A stretch of 64,000 nt of DNA from Lama glama (taxonomy: Eukaryota), in contig CM052831.1 in the NCBI GenBank assembly GCA_028534125.1, forward strand, positions 682,001 to 746,000, read 5' to 3'. The translations under genes and the position numbers were made by a program. The notes beneath the pieces were generated by a model. The model made no database searches, was not told where the DNA came from, and worked only from the letters and a program-made list of their open reading frames with translations. Shown in pieces: positions 1-11,889 of the stretch; the stretch's first letter is position 1, and every line of letters starts with the position of its first letter.

Positions 1-685
1 GGCCTGGCCTCAGCTGACGGATGAGGTGCCCGTCTCCACGTTCCGGAAGGGCCTTGGTTCTGGTTCTGGTTCTGGTTCCGGTTTATCTTAAACTCAGTGA
101 GTGACTCAAGCTGTCTCCTTCGTCTTGGGCTGGTTTGGATTATTTACATTTTCCTGGAAGTTGCCCGTTGCATGAAGCATCTGAAATGTAAGGGTGGTGG
201 TTGTACAAGACATGCCCGTGTGATTTTTAAGAATCCCTTTACCTGGAATTGAATGCCCCATGTCCCTGGAGCGAGCCTGCACGCCCATCTCGTACAAGGA
301 CTGGCCAGGAGCCAGCGCTGTGAGCCTCGAAAGCCAGGGGTTTACTGATGGCGCTGGTGAAGGCTAGACTCACAAGGCGCGCTCCCCTGGTCGGCTTCTC
401 CCTCCCGTCCGGCTGCTTCTGCTGCTGCTCCTTTTCCAGAGCCTGGGGTTCGTGCCTAGTTCAGCTGCTAGCTTTTTTGTTGTGAAATATCTCAAAACAC
501 TGACAAGTGAGGAGAACAAGATAATGAGTAACCACGTCCTTCCCAGTGTAATTTGGCACAGTTAACAAATTTCATACCAGGCCACGGTTTATTTGAGATT
601 TTTTAAAAGATATTTCACTTAAACTCCCTCTGGCTCCTCTGGAATCCCTCCCGCCTCTGCCATTCAGTCTCGTCTTTCTTTTCTT

Positions 686-1790
686 ACGGTGTTAGATTGC
701 ACGTAACATAAAAATTACCACCTTAACCGTTTTTAAGTGTACGACTAGGGGTGTTCGTTCAGTGTGGTGCAACCACCACCTCCATCCATCCCCATCGCTT
801 GTTTTCCTCGTAAAGCTGAAACACTGTCCCCTTGAACACTCACTCGCCACCCCTCCTCAGCCCCCACCCCCGCCGTCTGCTTTGTCTCTGTGGATCTGAC
901 TGCTCCAGGGGCCTCAGGTAAGTGGAATCCTACAGGGTTTGCCTTTCTCTGTCGGACTTACTTCACGTGACACCCCACAGGTCTGTGGATAGACCACACT
1001 TTGTTTGGCCATCAACCGTCCGGGACACCCGGGCGGCTGCCACGTTCTGTTTCTGTTGTGAACAGCGCTGCTGTGAGCATGGATGTGCACGTATCTCTTC
1101 AAGACCCTGCTTCCGGTTAATTTGGGGGGTATTTCTGAGTGACGTTTTTGAGGCCTATGCTGATTCTGTTTAATTTTGGGGGGACCTCCGAGCGGCTTCC
1201 CCCGGGGCCTCCACCATTTCACGCTCCCGCCACCGGTGCCCTCGGGCTCCAGTTGCTCCACAGCCTCCCAGCACTTCCTGTCTTCTGCTGTGCCGCTGGC
1301 GGCCACGCCGCGGGCGTGCGTGAGATCTCACTGCGGTTTGAGCTGCACCCCCTGAAGCTCTGTGGTGTGGGGCGTCCTCCCACGTGCTTGCTTAGCAGCG
1401 GTGTGCCTTCCTTGGAGAAATGTCTAATCCAGCCCTTCGCCTGTTTTTGAAACCAGCTGTTTTGTTGTTGTTGAACTTTAGGAGTTCTCTGTACATCCTG
1501 GATATTACCCTCTTACCAGGTACATGATTTGCAGGCATTTCCCCCCATTCCGTGGGCAGTTTTACGCTTTTACTAAATATGTATGTGTCGTAAATAATTT
1601 TATTTTATGGAGGACTTTAGGAGCTGTGTCAGGAACCTGAGACAAAGGCCAAATACTTATTTTTTGTTTTCCACAGTCCTTCACCTCACACAAGCTCGCC
1701 ACGGGGTCACGTTTGGCCCCTTTCTGTCCAGTTGTGGAGAGACAGTGTTCTTTCACTGCCTCAGACCCATTTTCCCACTTGTGCTTCAGA
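686..1790 (-). mobile_element. Old L1 (L1MB-like) 3' end
   Basis: Antisense L1 3' UTR/ORF2-end motifs: 'ttaaccgtttttaagtgtac', 'gctgctgtgagcatggatgtgcac', 'ttggagaaatgtcta', 'ggatattaccctcttaccagg'. Confidence 0.8.
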
Positions 1791-1793
1791 CGC

Positions 1794-2315
1794 TGTGGTA
1801 GTTAGTTGTACGTGTCAGCTGGACCAGGCCGTGGAGTGCCCAGGCGTTTGGTCCAACATTATTCTGGGTCTTTCTGTAAGGATGTTTTTGGGTGAGATTA
1901 ACATGAAATTGGTACACTGGGGAAAAGAGGCTGCTCTCCCTAATGTGGGTGGGCCTCATCCAGTCAGTCGAAGGCCTGAATGGAATAAAGAGTCTGACCT
2001 TCCCCTGAGTAAGAGAGAATCTGTCTGGCCTGTTGGTCCTTGACTGGGGCAACCACTTTTTCCTGCCGTTGGATTTGAGCCAAAACGCTGACTCTTCCTG
2101 GGTCTTGAGGCTGCCGGCCTTTGGCTGGGAACCACGCCATCAGGTCTCCTGTGTCTCGAACTGTAACTGAACCACGGCTCTCCAGCTGGCCTCTCACCTT
2201 GTAGACCTTGGGACCTGCCAGACTGAGGCAGCTCCTTGTGAGAAATCTCTCTCTCTGTCTGCTTAGCTCTCTGTCCGGCCTCTTGGTCCTGTCTCTCTGG
2301 ACAGCCCGACTAACA
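1794..2315 (+). mobile_element. MLT2-type ERVL solo LTR
   Basis: Begins TGTGGTAGTT...GTGTCAGCTGGAC, contains 'ccctaatgtgggtgggcctcatccagtcagt', ends GACTAACA. 5-bp TSD GACGC/GACAC. Confidence 0.85.
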
Positions 2316-2559
2316 GACACCATCTCTTTTAGCCTTCTCTAAACTTTATCTTTTACCCTTTCCACTCTGCTGCTTTGGACCCAGACCCTTCCCCACACCG
2401 TGGCAGAGAGGAGAGGGTGGAAGGAAAAAGATGTCAGATCGTGGAACCCCTTACATCCCAACGTGCCCTCCGTTCTACTGGGACTGGCCTAAGGCAGCTG
2501 AGCCATTCAGCCAGCATGTTTTGGCTGTTTGCTTTGTGGGCACCTGTTCTCCAAATAAC

Positions 2560-4085
2560 AGAACACATACTCTCTTTGAACATGTGTGAAAGGCTGGCCG
2601 TCTGTTAGGCCACAAAGGAGGTCCCGGCTTGTTCCCCTGAAGTCACCATCATAGAGATTTTGTTGCATAACACAATCTAATGAAATTACAACTTAATAAT
2701 GAAAAGGTGCCTCCAAAAAAAAAAAAAAAAAACCCGTGTGGCCAGAGACTAAGTTGCACGTTACTAAGTAACCTTGGTTAAAACAAATCTGAACATCGTT
2801 CAATCTTCATAAATCAACAACATGAATGTTTCGTGTTCAGGCGGAATTTACTAGGAAATTTTTGGTTTTAAAGATGACTAGAAATAAAAAAATATAAAGA
2901 AAAATGCACTAAACATTCAAACGAAGACCTTAGACAAAGACTAACGAAGCAAACCCAAAGCGGGAAGAAAGGAAACAGTGAAAACCAGAATCCACTGCGG
3001 AGGGATCAGCAGGACTGGCTGCACCAGCCGCAGGCAGAGGGGGAGAGGAAGAGAAGATGCCGAGACGTGTGCCCACAGGGAAGAGACGAGGAGTTGCCTG
3101 TGTAGACTACAGACTTTTTACAGTAATGAGAGCACAGTAAGTAATTATTTGCTGATAAATTGGAAAGCCTAGTGACGTAGATAAATTTCTAGGAAGAAAG
3201 AAAATGGAAAAATTGGCGCAAAAAGAAATAGAAAACTTGAATAAGCCAATGATTATTAAATAAATTGAAATCCAGTATTTCCCTCCCCAGTGAGCCCCCA
3301 GCCTAGACTGTTTACAGGGGATTTCTGCCAAGCTTTCCGGCGGTGGTTGGTCCCTGTTCTGTCCACGTCGTTTCGAGGGTCCACAGAGAGTGAAAGTTAC
3401 TCAGCTCGTTTAGGAGGCTGGTCTAATCTTGATTCCTAAATTGAATTTTAAAAAAGAAAAGAAGCCTCTGTTACTTACAATATAAATGCAAAGGCCCTAA
3501 CAGAATATAAATGTATTTTTAAAGTATACATTATAACCAGGTAGGGTTTATCTCAGGAATGCAAGGATGGTTCCACAATACATTAATGTTTTGATGATTT
3601 ATTAAAGGAGAAAACCCATACGATTATCTCGCTGGCTGCAGAGGAACCATTGGTAAAATTCAACACCTGTTTATAATGGAAGCATTTGTTGCAACACCAA
3701 CAGCAAGGCTTCTTGATGAAGGACAGGAAGGGGACTCTCAGCTTGTTACAGGTGATGCACTGAAGCACTCTGCCTCGTGCAGAGGCTTCAGACACACGCT
3801 CTTGAAGATGCTTTAAAGGCAGAGGTGCCTGCGCTCATTACTAGTGTCAACATGGACCTGGAGGGGCCAGCCCTGGGGGAAAGAGCAGACGCAGGAGGGG
3901 TGGGGATTGTAAAGAGAAGAGAGGAAGCTCTTGGTACGTCTCATGTAAGTAAATATCGACATCGTTTTGTGTATTACATACGTATGCATCGTTTGTGTAG
4001 ATGACATTTTGTATGTACGTCATATAAAAGAGCCATCGAAGTACAAACCTTGGAATCTAGTAATTCAGCGAGGTTGGTGGATGTA
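2560..4085 (+). mobile_element. Degenerate L1 ORF2 fragment (EN end to RT)
   Basis: 'gggtttatctcaggaatgcaaggatggttc' (GFIxGMQGWF), 'aaaattcaacacc', and a FADD-like 'tgtgtagatgac'. Many stops. Confidence 0.75.
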
Positions 4086-4314
4086 GGTTCTCCCCTGAGG
4101 ATCCCATGACCCCAGATGCCCCCCAAGGACCCCGGGACCCTGGACAGGCTCCCACATGGTGTGGGGAGCTGGACGCAGCCCGCGAGCCCATCTGGGAACA
4201 ACTGGGTAAGAAATCAGCAGATGCGCCTGGAGTAGCCCCTCCCAGTCAGACGCCGGGGCGCCGTGGCAGGGCCCTCAGACAGCACGCGGTGGAGGGAGTT
4301 AGACCTAGACAAGC

Positions 4315-4445
4315 CCCAGGTGGTTCCCCATGGACCTCAGACAGGACCGCCGTGTCGGCATCACCCAGGCCTGTGGGAAATTCAGAATCTCAGCCCCAAC
4401 CCAAACCTGCAGCCTCAGAACCTGTCCTTTAACAAGACCCCAGGG
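4315..4445. mobile_element. MER5-like hAT-Charlie MITE fragment
   Basis: 'gaaattcagaatctcagccccaacccaaacc...tttaacaagacccc' resembles the MER5 core. Confidence 0.55.
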
Positions 4446-5662
4446 TTAAAGGAAAACGTGGCGGTCCTATGTCTGACCAGATGGAAGCCACTGAGGTCAG
4501 AACCCGCAAAGCAGACAGATTCCCGAGGGGCTGGGGCTGGAAGGACCCATGTAGGAACTCGGAAGACAAAGCCAAAAGGGACCAGTCTTTGCGGCGAGAT
4601 GCTGGAAGCCAGTTAACTGTGCAGAGCTCAGTCCAGGGGCGTGCCTCCTGCTGTAGCTCAGGGGTTGCTGGTGGGTTAAACCCTTTCCTTACCTGCCCCG
4701 CGGACGTCGGAATCTGTTCCCCAGACGGCGGTGTGGCAGTGTGGAGGAGACAAAACAGCAGAGTCCCTGTGCCAGGTCGGGGTGGGGAGGAGACTCACTG
4801 CTCTTCCTTTCTCACCGCCTGTTCCCGGCGCAGTGGGAGTGGATGCACGCCTGGTTGTGAGCAGCTCCCTGGAGGTCTTCCCCTGCGTGGGGCTCCGTGC
4901 AGAGCGAGCGGACCCCTCCTCGCTCCCGGGCCCAGCGCCCTCGAGGGTCTCCCACCCGAGAGAGTCCCTGTCCGCCCCCCTGCCCCGGGCCGTCCTCAGG
5001 TGTCTTGCTGTGCAGGTTCACTGTTCTGCGGGCATGTGTTTTTAGTTTTGTGAACTTTGAAACCATTTCATTCAGATTCCAAAACAGGCAGCATCGAGTT
5101 TGCAAGTGGAAAGGTGTGAAACGCATTTGTCATTTGGGAGCAGTCCTTTTAAACCAGCCCCTGTCCTGGTCTCTGCACCCTCTCCCCGGGCAGTCAGCTC
5201 TCTCCCCAGATCCCACGTGTGCTCCCCTGACCTCAGGCCCTCTCACTGCAGCTCACAACCTCGCCCCCTCCCGCGTCCCCCCAGCCCTGGATTCCCTGCT
5301 CCCTGTCCAGCCCTGTCCTGGTTCCTGTTGGACATTCCCCCGACCAGCCCCTCCTGCCGCCCCGTCCCCAGCCCTGGGATTGTTGCTGAAATGCGAAATC
5401 GCTCTCCCCTGAGGATGAAACACCTTGCCTCCTTCCACTCTGAGCCACTGAAGCCTCGAGCCGCCCCCCAGACCCCACAGCCAGGCTCAGACTCCATCCA
5501 AGCCAGCCTGACAGTCACGTGTGCTGAGACAAACGGTGCCAGCGATCATGGTGTGTGCTTACTGGGCCAGGCCCTGGTTTTGTTTTTGTCTCAAAGAGAA
5601 GAGAAATCTTCGCTTGGGATTTTAGTTACATGCCTGTTGTAAAATCCAGTCTTTTCTGAATA

Positions 5663-5961
5663 CGTGTGGCCCTCGTGTCTGCAGGGGGTGGTTTCCGGCC
5701 CTGCAGACACCGAAATCCAGGGATGTTCAAGGACCTTACATAAAGTGGTGTCGTGTTTGCACAGCACACCCTCCTGTGTGCTTTCAGTCGTGTCAAGGTT
5801 GCTTACGACACCTGACACAGTGTAGATGCTACGTGAGTAGTTGCCGGGCACGTGGCAAGGTCAGGTTTAGAACTTTCTGAAATTTTTCCCCAGATGTTTT
5901 CTGTCTGTGGTTGGTGGAATCTGTGGATGCTGGAATTCCCGTGGCTGCGGAGGGTGGACTG
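5663..5961 (+). mobile_element. MER2-type Tigger MITE
   Basis: Collinear with the MER2 consensus ('gaaatccagggatgttcaagg...tttgcac...gatgctacgtgagtagttg...gaatctgtggatgc...ggagggtggactg'). Degenerate terminal inverted repeats. Confidence 0.8.
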
Positions 5962-8111
5962 TGTCTGCACTAAGGCAGGATTCACAGACCACACCACGCC
6001 CCCATTTCAGGTGGGCTCCCCGGCGTGCTCAGTGTGTGTGTGTGCAGACACCGCAGGCCCCGAGGTGTGTGTGCGTGTGTGCTCACCCCACCCTTACTCG
6101 AATGAGGAACCTGGAGTCACATCCAGGACAGGATTCCCTCTCCCGCCTCAGGGGTGGTGGTTTGATCATGAGCCACAAACACAGCCCGCTGGAGTCATGG
6201 CCGGGCCCATCCCAGATGCTGGAATCCTTCAAGAGGGGAGCCTCGTTGGGGGGCCTGGGCCCCCCTCACCTCCTGGGACCTACCAGAGGCTCCCGTGCCC
6301 TCGAAGCCACCTGGAGAAGCCCCGGGCCTGCAGCCTTCTGGGAGAAGCCCTTGTGCTGTCGCTGAAGCTTCTGAGAGACCGAGAGCCCCAGGGACAGGGG
6401 CAGGCGTGGCCTCGGGCCAGCCTGGAGGGCAGGATGGTTCTGTAGCTGAGATGGTCCTTCTGCCTGGGGCTTAGGGCCACAGGCCACTGGCCAGTGCCCC
6501 CTCCACCTCAGCTCCACCTCCTTCATCCCCCTGGGTCCCCAGGAAGGGCTGGACCTCCCCAGAGGCTAATCCAGCCCCTCTTGTGCCTCATCCAGTCCTC
6601 TCTGCTCTGCACCCCTTCCCACCATCAGCTCGTTTATGGTGGGACTTGAACACCCCACTTACCACCCCTTGCTCCTCCTGGCTGGTCCCCCTTGGTGCCG
6701 ACCCAGTGTGCTCCCCATCTCAGCCAAGTCCCCGGCGGGCACCGTCAGCTCAGGGCCTCCGTGGTGGCGCTCGGGGGCTGGTTTGCAGCCCACCCACCCG
6801 TTGTCTTCTCCGTAATAGAGCCCCGTGGGCCATTTCCACAATGGAGATGCCTCCCGCTGGAGCCAGCATTGCCTCTTTCTATTAACAGCTCATTCTGAAC
6901 GCTGGCCAGAGGGAATAGCCATCTTCAGTCTGAGAGCAATTCCCAAATCCCTCTGCCCGCCGGCCACACCGGTCCAGTCCCCCAGCCACGCATGGGAATG
7001 CGTTTTTCCTCACGGCCTCCACCCCGCCTATTAAACTCTTTAATATGCCAGTCAGACAGATGGGAGAGAATGCTGTGTCCTTACATGTGTAAAGTTTCTG
7101 TGATTACTCTGGAAGGATTCTCATGTATTTACTGGCCTCGAAAGCCCTCCCCTGGGACTTGGCTGTCTGCAGTTCTTCTGTTTCTGGTGCTTTGTTTGGT
7201 TTTGGGTTTGGGGTATTTTTCGCACAGAGATGTTTTAAAACTTCTTCGTCATCATGTCAGTTTACTTTTAGTGGTTCCTGCCTTTGGTGACATTGCCAAG
7301 AAAGCCTTTCCTTTTTCAGATTGTTTGTTTCTCGATAGTTTTGCAAACGACCAGGCCTCTGGGTTCTGGCTCTGTAGCGGGATCACTTTTCATAGGCACA
7401 CAGGTGTGAGGGGGTGGTTCTGTCTCCTGGTCCTGAGCCGGGGGCTGGCCGGTGTGGGGAGCCTGGAGGGCGGGGCCGTGTCAGGGTCTCCACCACCCAC
7501 AGCCTGCGGGCATCCTTCCTGCCTGGACCTTGTCCCCTCCCGCAGTGCCCTGCCCTCCCAGCAGCCACCCTCCCCATGGTCAGGCCCGGGACTCATCGCA
7601 GCCCCTATCCCCACAGGTTCCGCCTCCACCTCCTCCCAGCCCCACCGCCCAAGGCCTATTGTCTTTCCCCATCACTCCCTCTGGCACCCCCCCCCCAACA
7701 CTTCTTCCCGCCGCGCCGGGTCTTCAGTCTGTCGACCTGCCAGCCGTTCTCTGCCCCTTCTGCCAGGGGCATCCCTGCGCGTGTCACCCCCATCACAGTA
7801 ATCACTCCCTCTGGGCCCGCTCCAGACGCCCCGTCCTCATCTGCAGGCTCCAGCCTGCCAGGGCCGCCTGGAGGGCTCACCTCCTCCCAACACTCCAGAG
7901 GTGACCCTGGGCTGCGTCTGCCGGAGGGAGACGACCCCGGAGGCCCCCGAAGCCCCCACGCCGTCGCCTCACCCGCTGCTGGGCCTGTGCGTACCAGACG
8001 AGGGGTGCGGGGGCAAGGGGCTGCGAGCTCTTGGGGACACACGGGGCTTCAGCCTTCAGTGAGCGGGTTTACATAGCAGCATCAGTTTGATGACTTTTCA
8101 CACCTAGTTGC

Positions 8112-8772
8112 TGCGATGCTGGGGCTAGACTGGCCGTCCTTCCACCTGACTTTCGTACGTAAGTGGGGTGGGGCTGGTTGTCGGTCTGGTGGTTGTGAGG
8201 CGGGGAGCCCCATAGAAAGTCCGGCAGGACCCCTAGGCAGGGCCGCTGCTCTCCTCCCAGCACCGTCGGGTTCCCTGGCCCAGAGGCTCTATCTCACTTT
8301 CTGCCTCTGAAACGGCTAACTTACACCTAGAATTCTATTGGTTCCCTGAGCTCACTTCTGATTGGTTATTTCCTTCATGCCTGACTGGGTATTATTCTCA
8401 TTTCTGATTGGTCCACTTCCCTAACTTCTGATTGGTTCATTTGTAGTACTTCATTTGCATGGAGCTCATTCCTGATTGGTTCTTTCTCTCACTCCTGATT
8501 GGTCTATTTCTACAAAGCTTGTTCCCGGTTGGTCAACTTCTGTTATACTTTATTTACGTATGATGTTGCAAAGTCTAAAAGTGGCAGCCTATAAAGGCCT
8601 GTGTAAACCTACCGACGGGCCCCAGAGCTTGGAGTGTTAATTCATCTCAGCCAGCTGGAGTAGCAAACCTGAGTTCTCCAACTCTCCGAGTGCTGCTTGG
8701 TCTCTCGCCCGGATCCAGGTTGCTGTCACAACTGAGCTGTAGCACCGAGCCGTAACACATTTTTCCGCAACA
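8112..8772 (+). mobile_element. ERV1-type solo LTR with tandem CCAAT array
   Basis: TG...CA ends with TSD GTTGC/GTTGT. Six ATTGG boxes plus two degenerate copies, octamer ATTTGCAT 8453-8460, TATAAA 8590-8595, followed by an R/U5-like segment. Confidence 0.75.
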
Positions 8773-10154
8773 GTTGTGGCTTTCTGTTTCTTGGGGCAAG
8801 TTAGGGATCTCAGTATCTGTTCAGTGGATTGTTTCTTTTTTAACACGTACTGACCTCCGTGAGCCCTAACCATACTCATGTAAACGTGATTATCTGTTGG
8901 GTCGGATCCCCAGGCTGAAACTCAGACCTCAAAGCCCTTCAGGCTCCTAGGTTTCCAAGGGCCGTGTCAGGTCACAGGAGCGGCCCCTAGGCCCCTCCAG
9001 GTGCACCGTCTTCTGAGGGTCAGCCCGCCGAGGGGTCCCTCCCTGTTCCCGCTCCCGCTCCCCCCGCACACCATTCCCAGCCCCTGCCCCCTCCCCACCT
9101 TCACTGCAAGTTCCAGTTCACACTTAAGACGGACTGTCTCCACGCGTGTGATTCCTTGCGGGTCTGGGGGCGAGAATCCATGGCAAGGTGCCCGCTGTCG
9201 AGCTCTGGAGAGAGTTGTGCCTGGGCTGCAGATGCCCTCACACAACCTCTACCTTGTGCCCGCGGAGAGGGGGGATTCGGCAGGGCTTGAAGGTGTCAGG
9301 GCGGCTGTGAAGAATGAAGAGGATTTGCAGGTGAGGGGCCAGGGCAGCGTCCTGCGGCGGGAACACAAGGGAAGAGGCAGGAACGCTGACCACCTCCTTG
9401 CAGCCGGTGGGGGAGGGGGATCTCGGGCTGGCAGAGGCTGCGTTTGACTCCACAGGAAATGCAGCCAGGCTCACCAGGGGCCCAAGCAGAAGGGTGAGGA
9501 GGTCGGCTGCCCCTGGAGAGGTCGTGGGGGCTGCTGTGGGTGCAGGTGCAAAGGGCCAGGGGCCAGGAGCCTCCCTGGAGATCCCCTTTTCCCTCCCGTG
9601 ATGCTCCCGCCTGGCCTAGTGGCCAGCCCTCCCTCGGGGGCTGCCAGCTTGTATCACACTGACTTCTCTTCACAGCGGAGCCACGGGGAAGGGTTTCCTG
9701 ACCTGATGGGGCAGGGAGAGGGTCTTGTGCTCTCTGGCCACCCACCAATCCCTGATCTCAGCCCCACACTGACTCTTGGCCCAGCCACACAACACAGTCA
9801 TTTCTGAACCCGGACTTGTTCCTACCCCTGATCCCAGTTATACCCTGACTTTGACCCCAGCCATGTACCAGCTTCTGGCTGCTATGCTCTGACCCTTGAC
9901 CCCAAGTCATGGGGACCTTTCACTGCCCACACCAGCCCCTGACACTAGGCAGGCCCTGGTGGCCGGCGCCCGCCCCGGACGGAAGCACAGCCTGGTCACT
10001 GCTGGAAACGTGGCCCTGCTGTTACGTCAGGCTGACCCGACTCACAGGGCCCGGACAGGGACGGGTAGGCGTGGCAGGAGGAGCAGCCGCAGCGCGGGGG
10101 GAGGGGCGCCGGCTGCAGGCTCAGGTGTCGCCCTGAGGACGGGGCCTAGCTCGC

Positions 10155-10380
10155 CGCTGAGTTGCTAGGTGACCTTGGGCAGGCAGCCGGCGTCTCTGGA
10201 GCGCAGTTTGCTCAAGTGTAACATTACACTGGAGCCTCGCCAATTCTGAAAACTCTTACGAGAAAACAAGCGCTGAGGGAGCCGCTGGGTGATCGATGCA
10301 GACGACGCGCTTAAAACACGCAGCTCGGTGCCAAGTGCCCCGCGCGCCGATGGATGCTGGTTACTACCGCTGCTGGTGAT
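10155..10380 (+). mobile_element. MIR
   Basis: Core 'gtgaccttgggcaggcag...ctctggagcgcagtttgctcaagtgtaa'. Confidence 0.65.
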
Positions 10381-11429
10381 AGCCGCCCGCCCACTTTCCC
10401 GCGCGGACGGGGACCAGGCGGGCTGCGAGGGCGGGAAGGCACTGCCCACGGGCAGCCGCGCGTTTCAGCGAGAGGAACTGGGAGCAGGGGTGGGGAGGGA
10501 TCCCGTCCGCGTCCGGGAGCTGGACCGGGAGGCAGGGTGGGCCTGCGTGGGGACGGGGAGCTGGCTCTGACCTCCTTGGTGCCAGGGCCGGGCCCTCCTA
10601 GATGGAGACGCCACAGCCAGTCTGCCAGCCCCCCGGGGCTGGCCTCCATCAGCCGCACCCTGCCCTCTATGCGGACGAGGACGCCGGGGTTGCTGGGCTC
10701 AGTGCTGTCTCGCGTGTGTGGCTGGCCGGGCGGGTTTGTGCCCAGGTCTGGGGGACTCTGAATGCCCTGTCCCCTGTCTTATGGAGCTGGCGGTTAGGGA
10801 GGAGACTGGGCAGGGGGAGGGCAGCCCCTGGGTTGGGAGGGGGACAGGGCACAAGCTCTCTGGCCTGGCAGCTTGGCCTGAGTAGGGTCAGTGAGGGGTG
10901 CCGGCTGAGCCCAGTCCTCTCTGAGCCCCTCCGCAGGCAGTGAGGCCCACGCCATGCCTGCGTTTCCACACCCGAGACTCCGCCTGCCGCAGTGGGTTCA
11001 CGTGGGCCCGTCCGGGCTCCTCCGGTTCACCCTGCATCCGCCCGGCTCACCCTGGGCTCCTGGGGAGGCAGCGTCACTCAGTGCCCGGGGAGGTCAGGGA
11101 GTGGCTGGTGTGACGGCACCAGGCAGCACCCGAGTCCTTCATGGGCTGCTTCTCGCTGCCCCTGCGTCTCTGTCCTTGCGTCAAAGCTGGACCAAGAGCC
11201 TCCGCTTGTGCACGTGAGCGGACGTGACACGGGCAACGTCAGGGTTCAGGGACAGACGAGAGCTGCGGTCTTGGAGAGCGTGTTGGAGCCAGGGTGCCCG
11301 GGGAGGGGGCCCATGGCAGGTGGGCCGAGGAGCCAGCCGGGCTGGTGCATGTCCGTCCCTTTATGGTCACTTGAGGAACAGTAGTGGTTCCATCACAGGC
11401 TTTGAAGCAGGGAAGTGAATTGATACGCT

Positions 11430-11870
11430 GTGTATTTTAGAAAGAACACTGCACCTGAAAGATGGAGAGGGCTGGGCGAGGACGGGATAGGGAAAAGAAG
11501 TCAGACGGCCAGAGCTGCGACTGGGAGGGAGGAGATGGCAGCCTGGATGAGGGGGCGTTTGGTGACTGAGCAGTGGGAGGGGAGAGAAGAGGACAGATCT
11601 CTCAGATGTGGGGGCGGCAGAGTGTGTTGGTGTGGACAGAGTGAAGGGGGGCTGATGCCAAGGCTCCTGGGTGTATGGGACAGGCGTTGATGCACAGAGA
11701 ATGCTGCCTGGGGACAGTGGTGCCTTCATCTTTGAGCACAGTGAGTGAAGAGCTTCTGAGTGGTGTCCTGGGACATCTGGGGCCAGCGGGGAGCTGGGAT
11801 GAAAGGAGCCTAAGGAGCCGTTAGCCCCCCAGAGGTCACGCACATGACTGAGCCCCCACCAGGGAAACGC
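11430..11870 (-). mobile_element. L2 fragment
   Basis: Purine-rich antisense L2-like text ('ttttagaaagaacact', 'ggtggtgcc'-like, 'gagctgggatg'). Confidence 0.5.
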
Positions 11871-11889
11871 ACGGATGGTGAAGAGAATT

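Noticed and set aside
55-84. (TGGTTC)n tract
   Set aside because: Ordinary short microsatellite of ~5 units.
6992-8076. 269-aa and 220-aa ORFs with a hydrophobic stretch
   Set aside because: They overlap antisense L1 remnants and C-rich low complexity, have non-ATG starts, and match no known family.
8330-8535. Periodic CTGATTGG repeats resembling a CRISPR array
   Set aside because: Mammalian DNA. The repeats are CCAAT boxes within an LTR U3, too short for CRISPR, and there are no cas genes.
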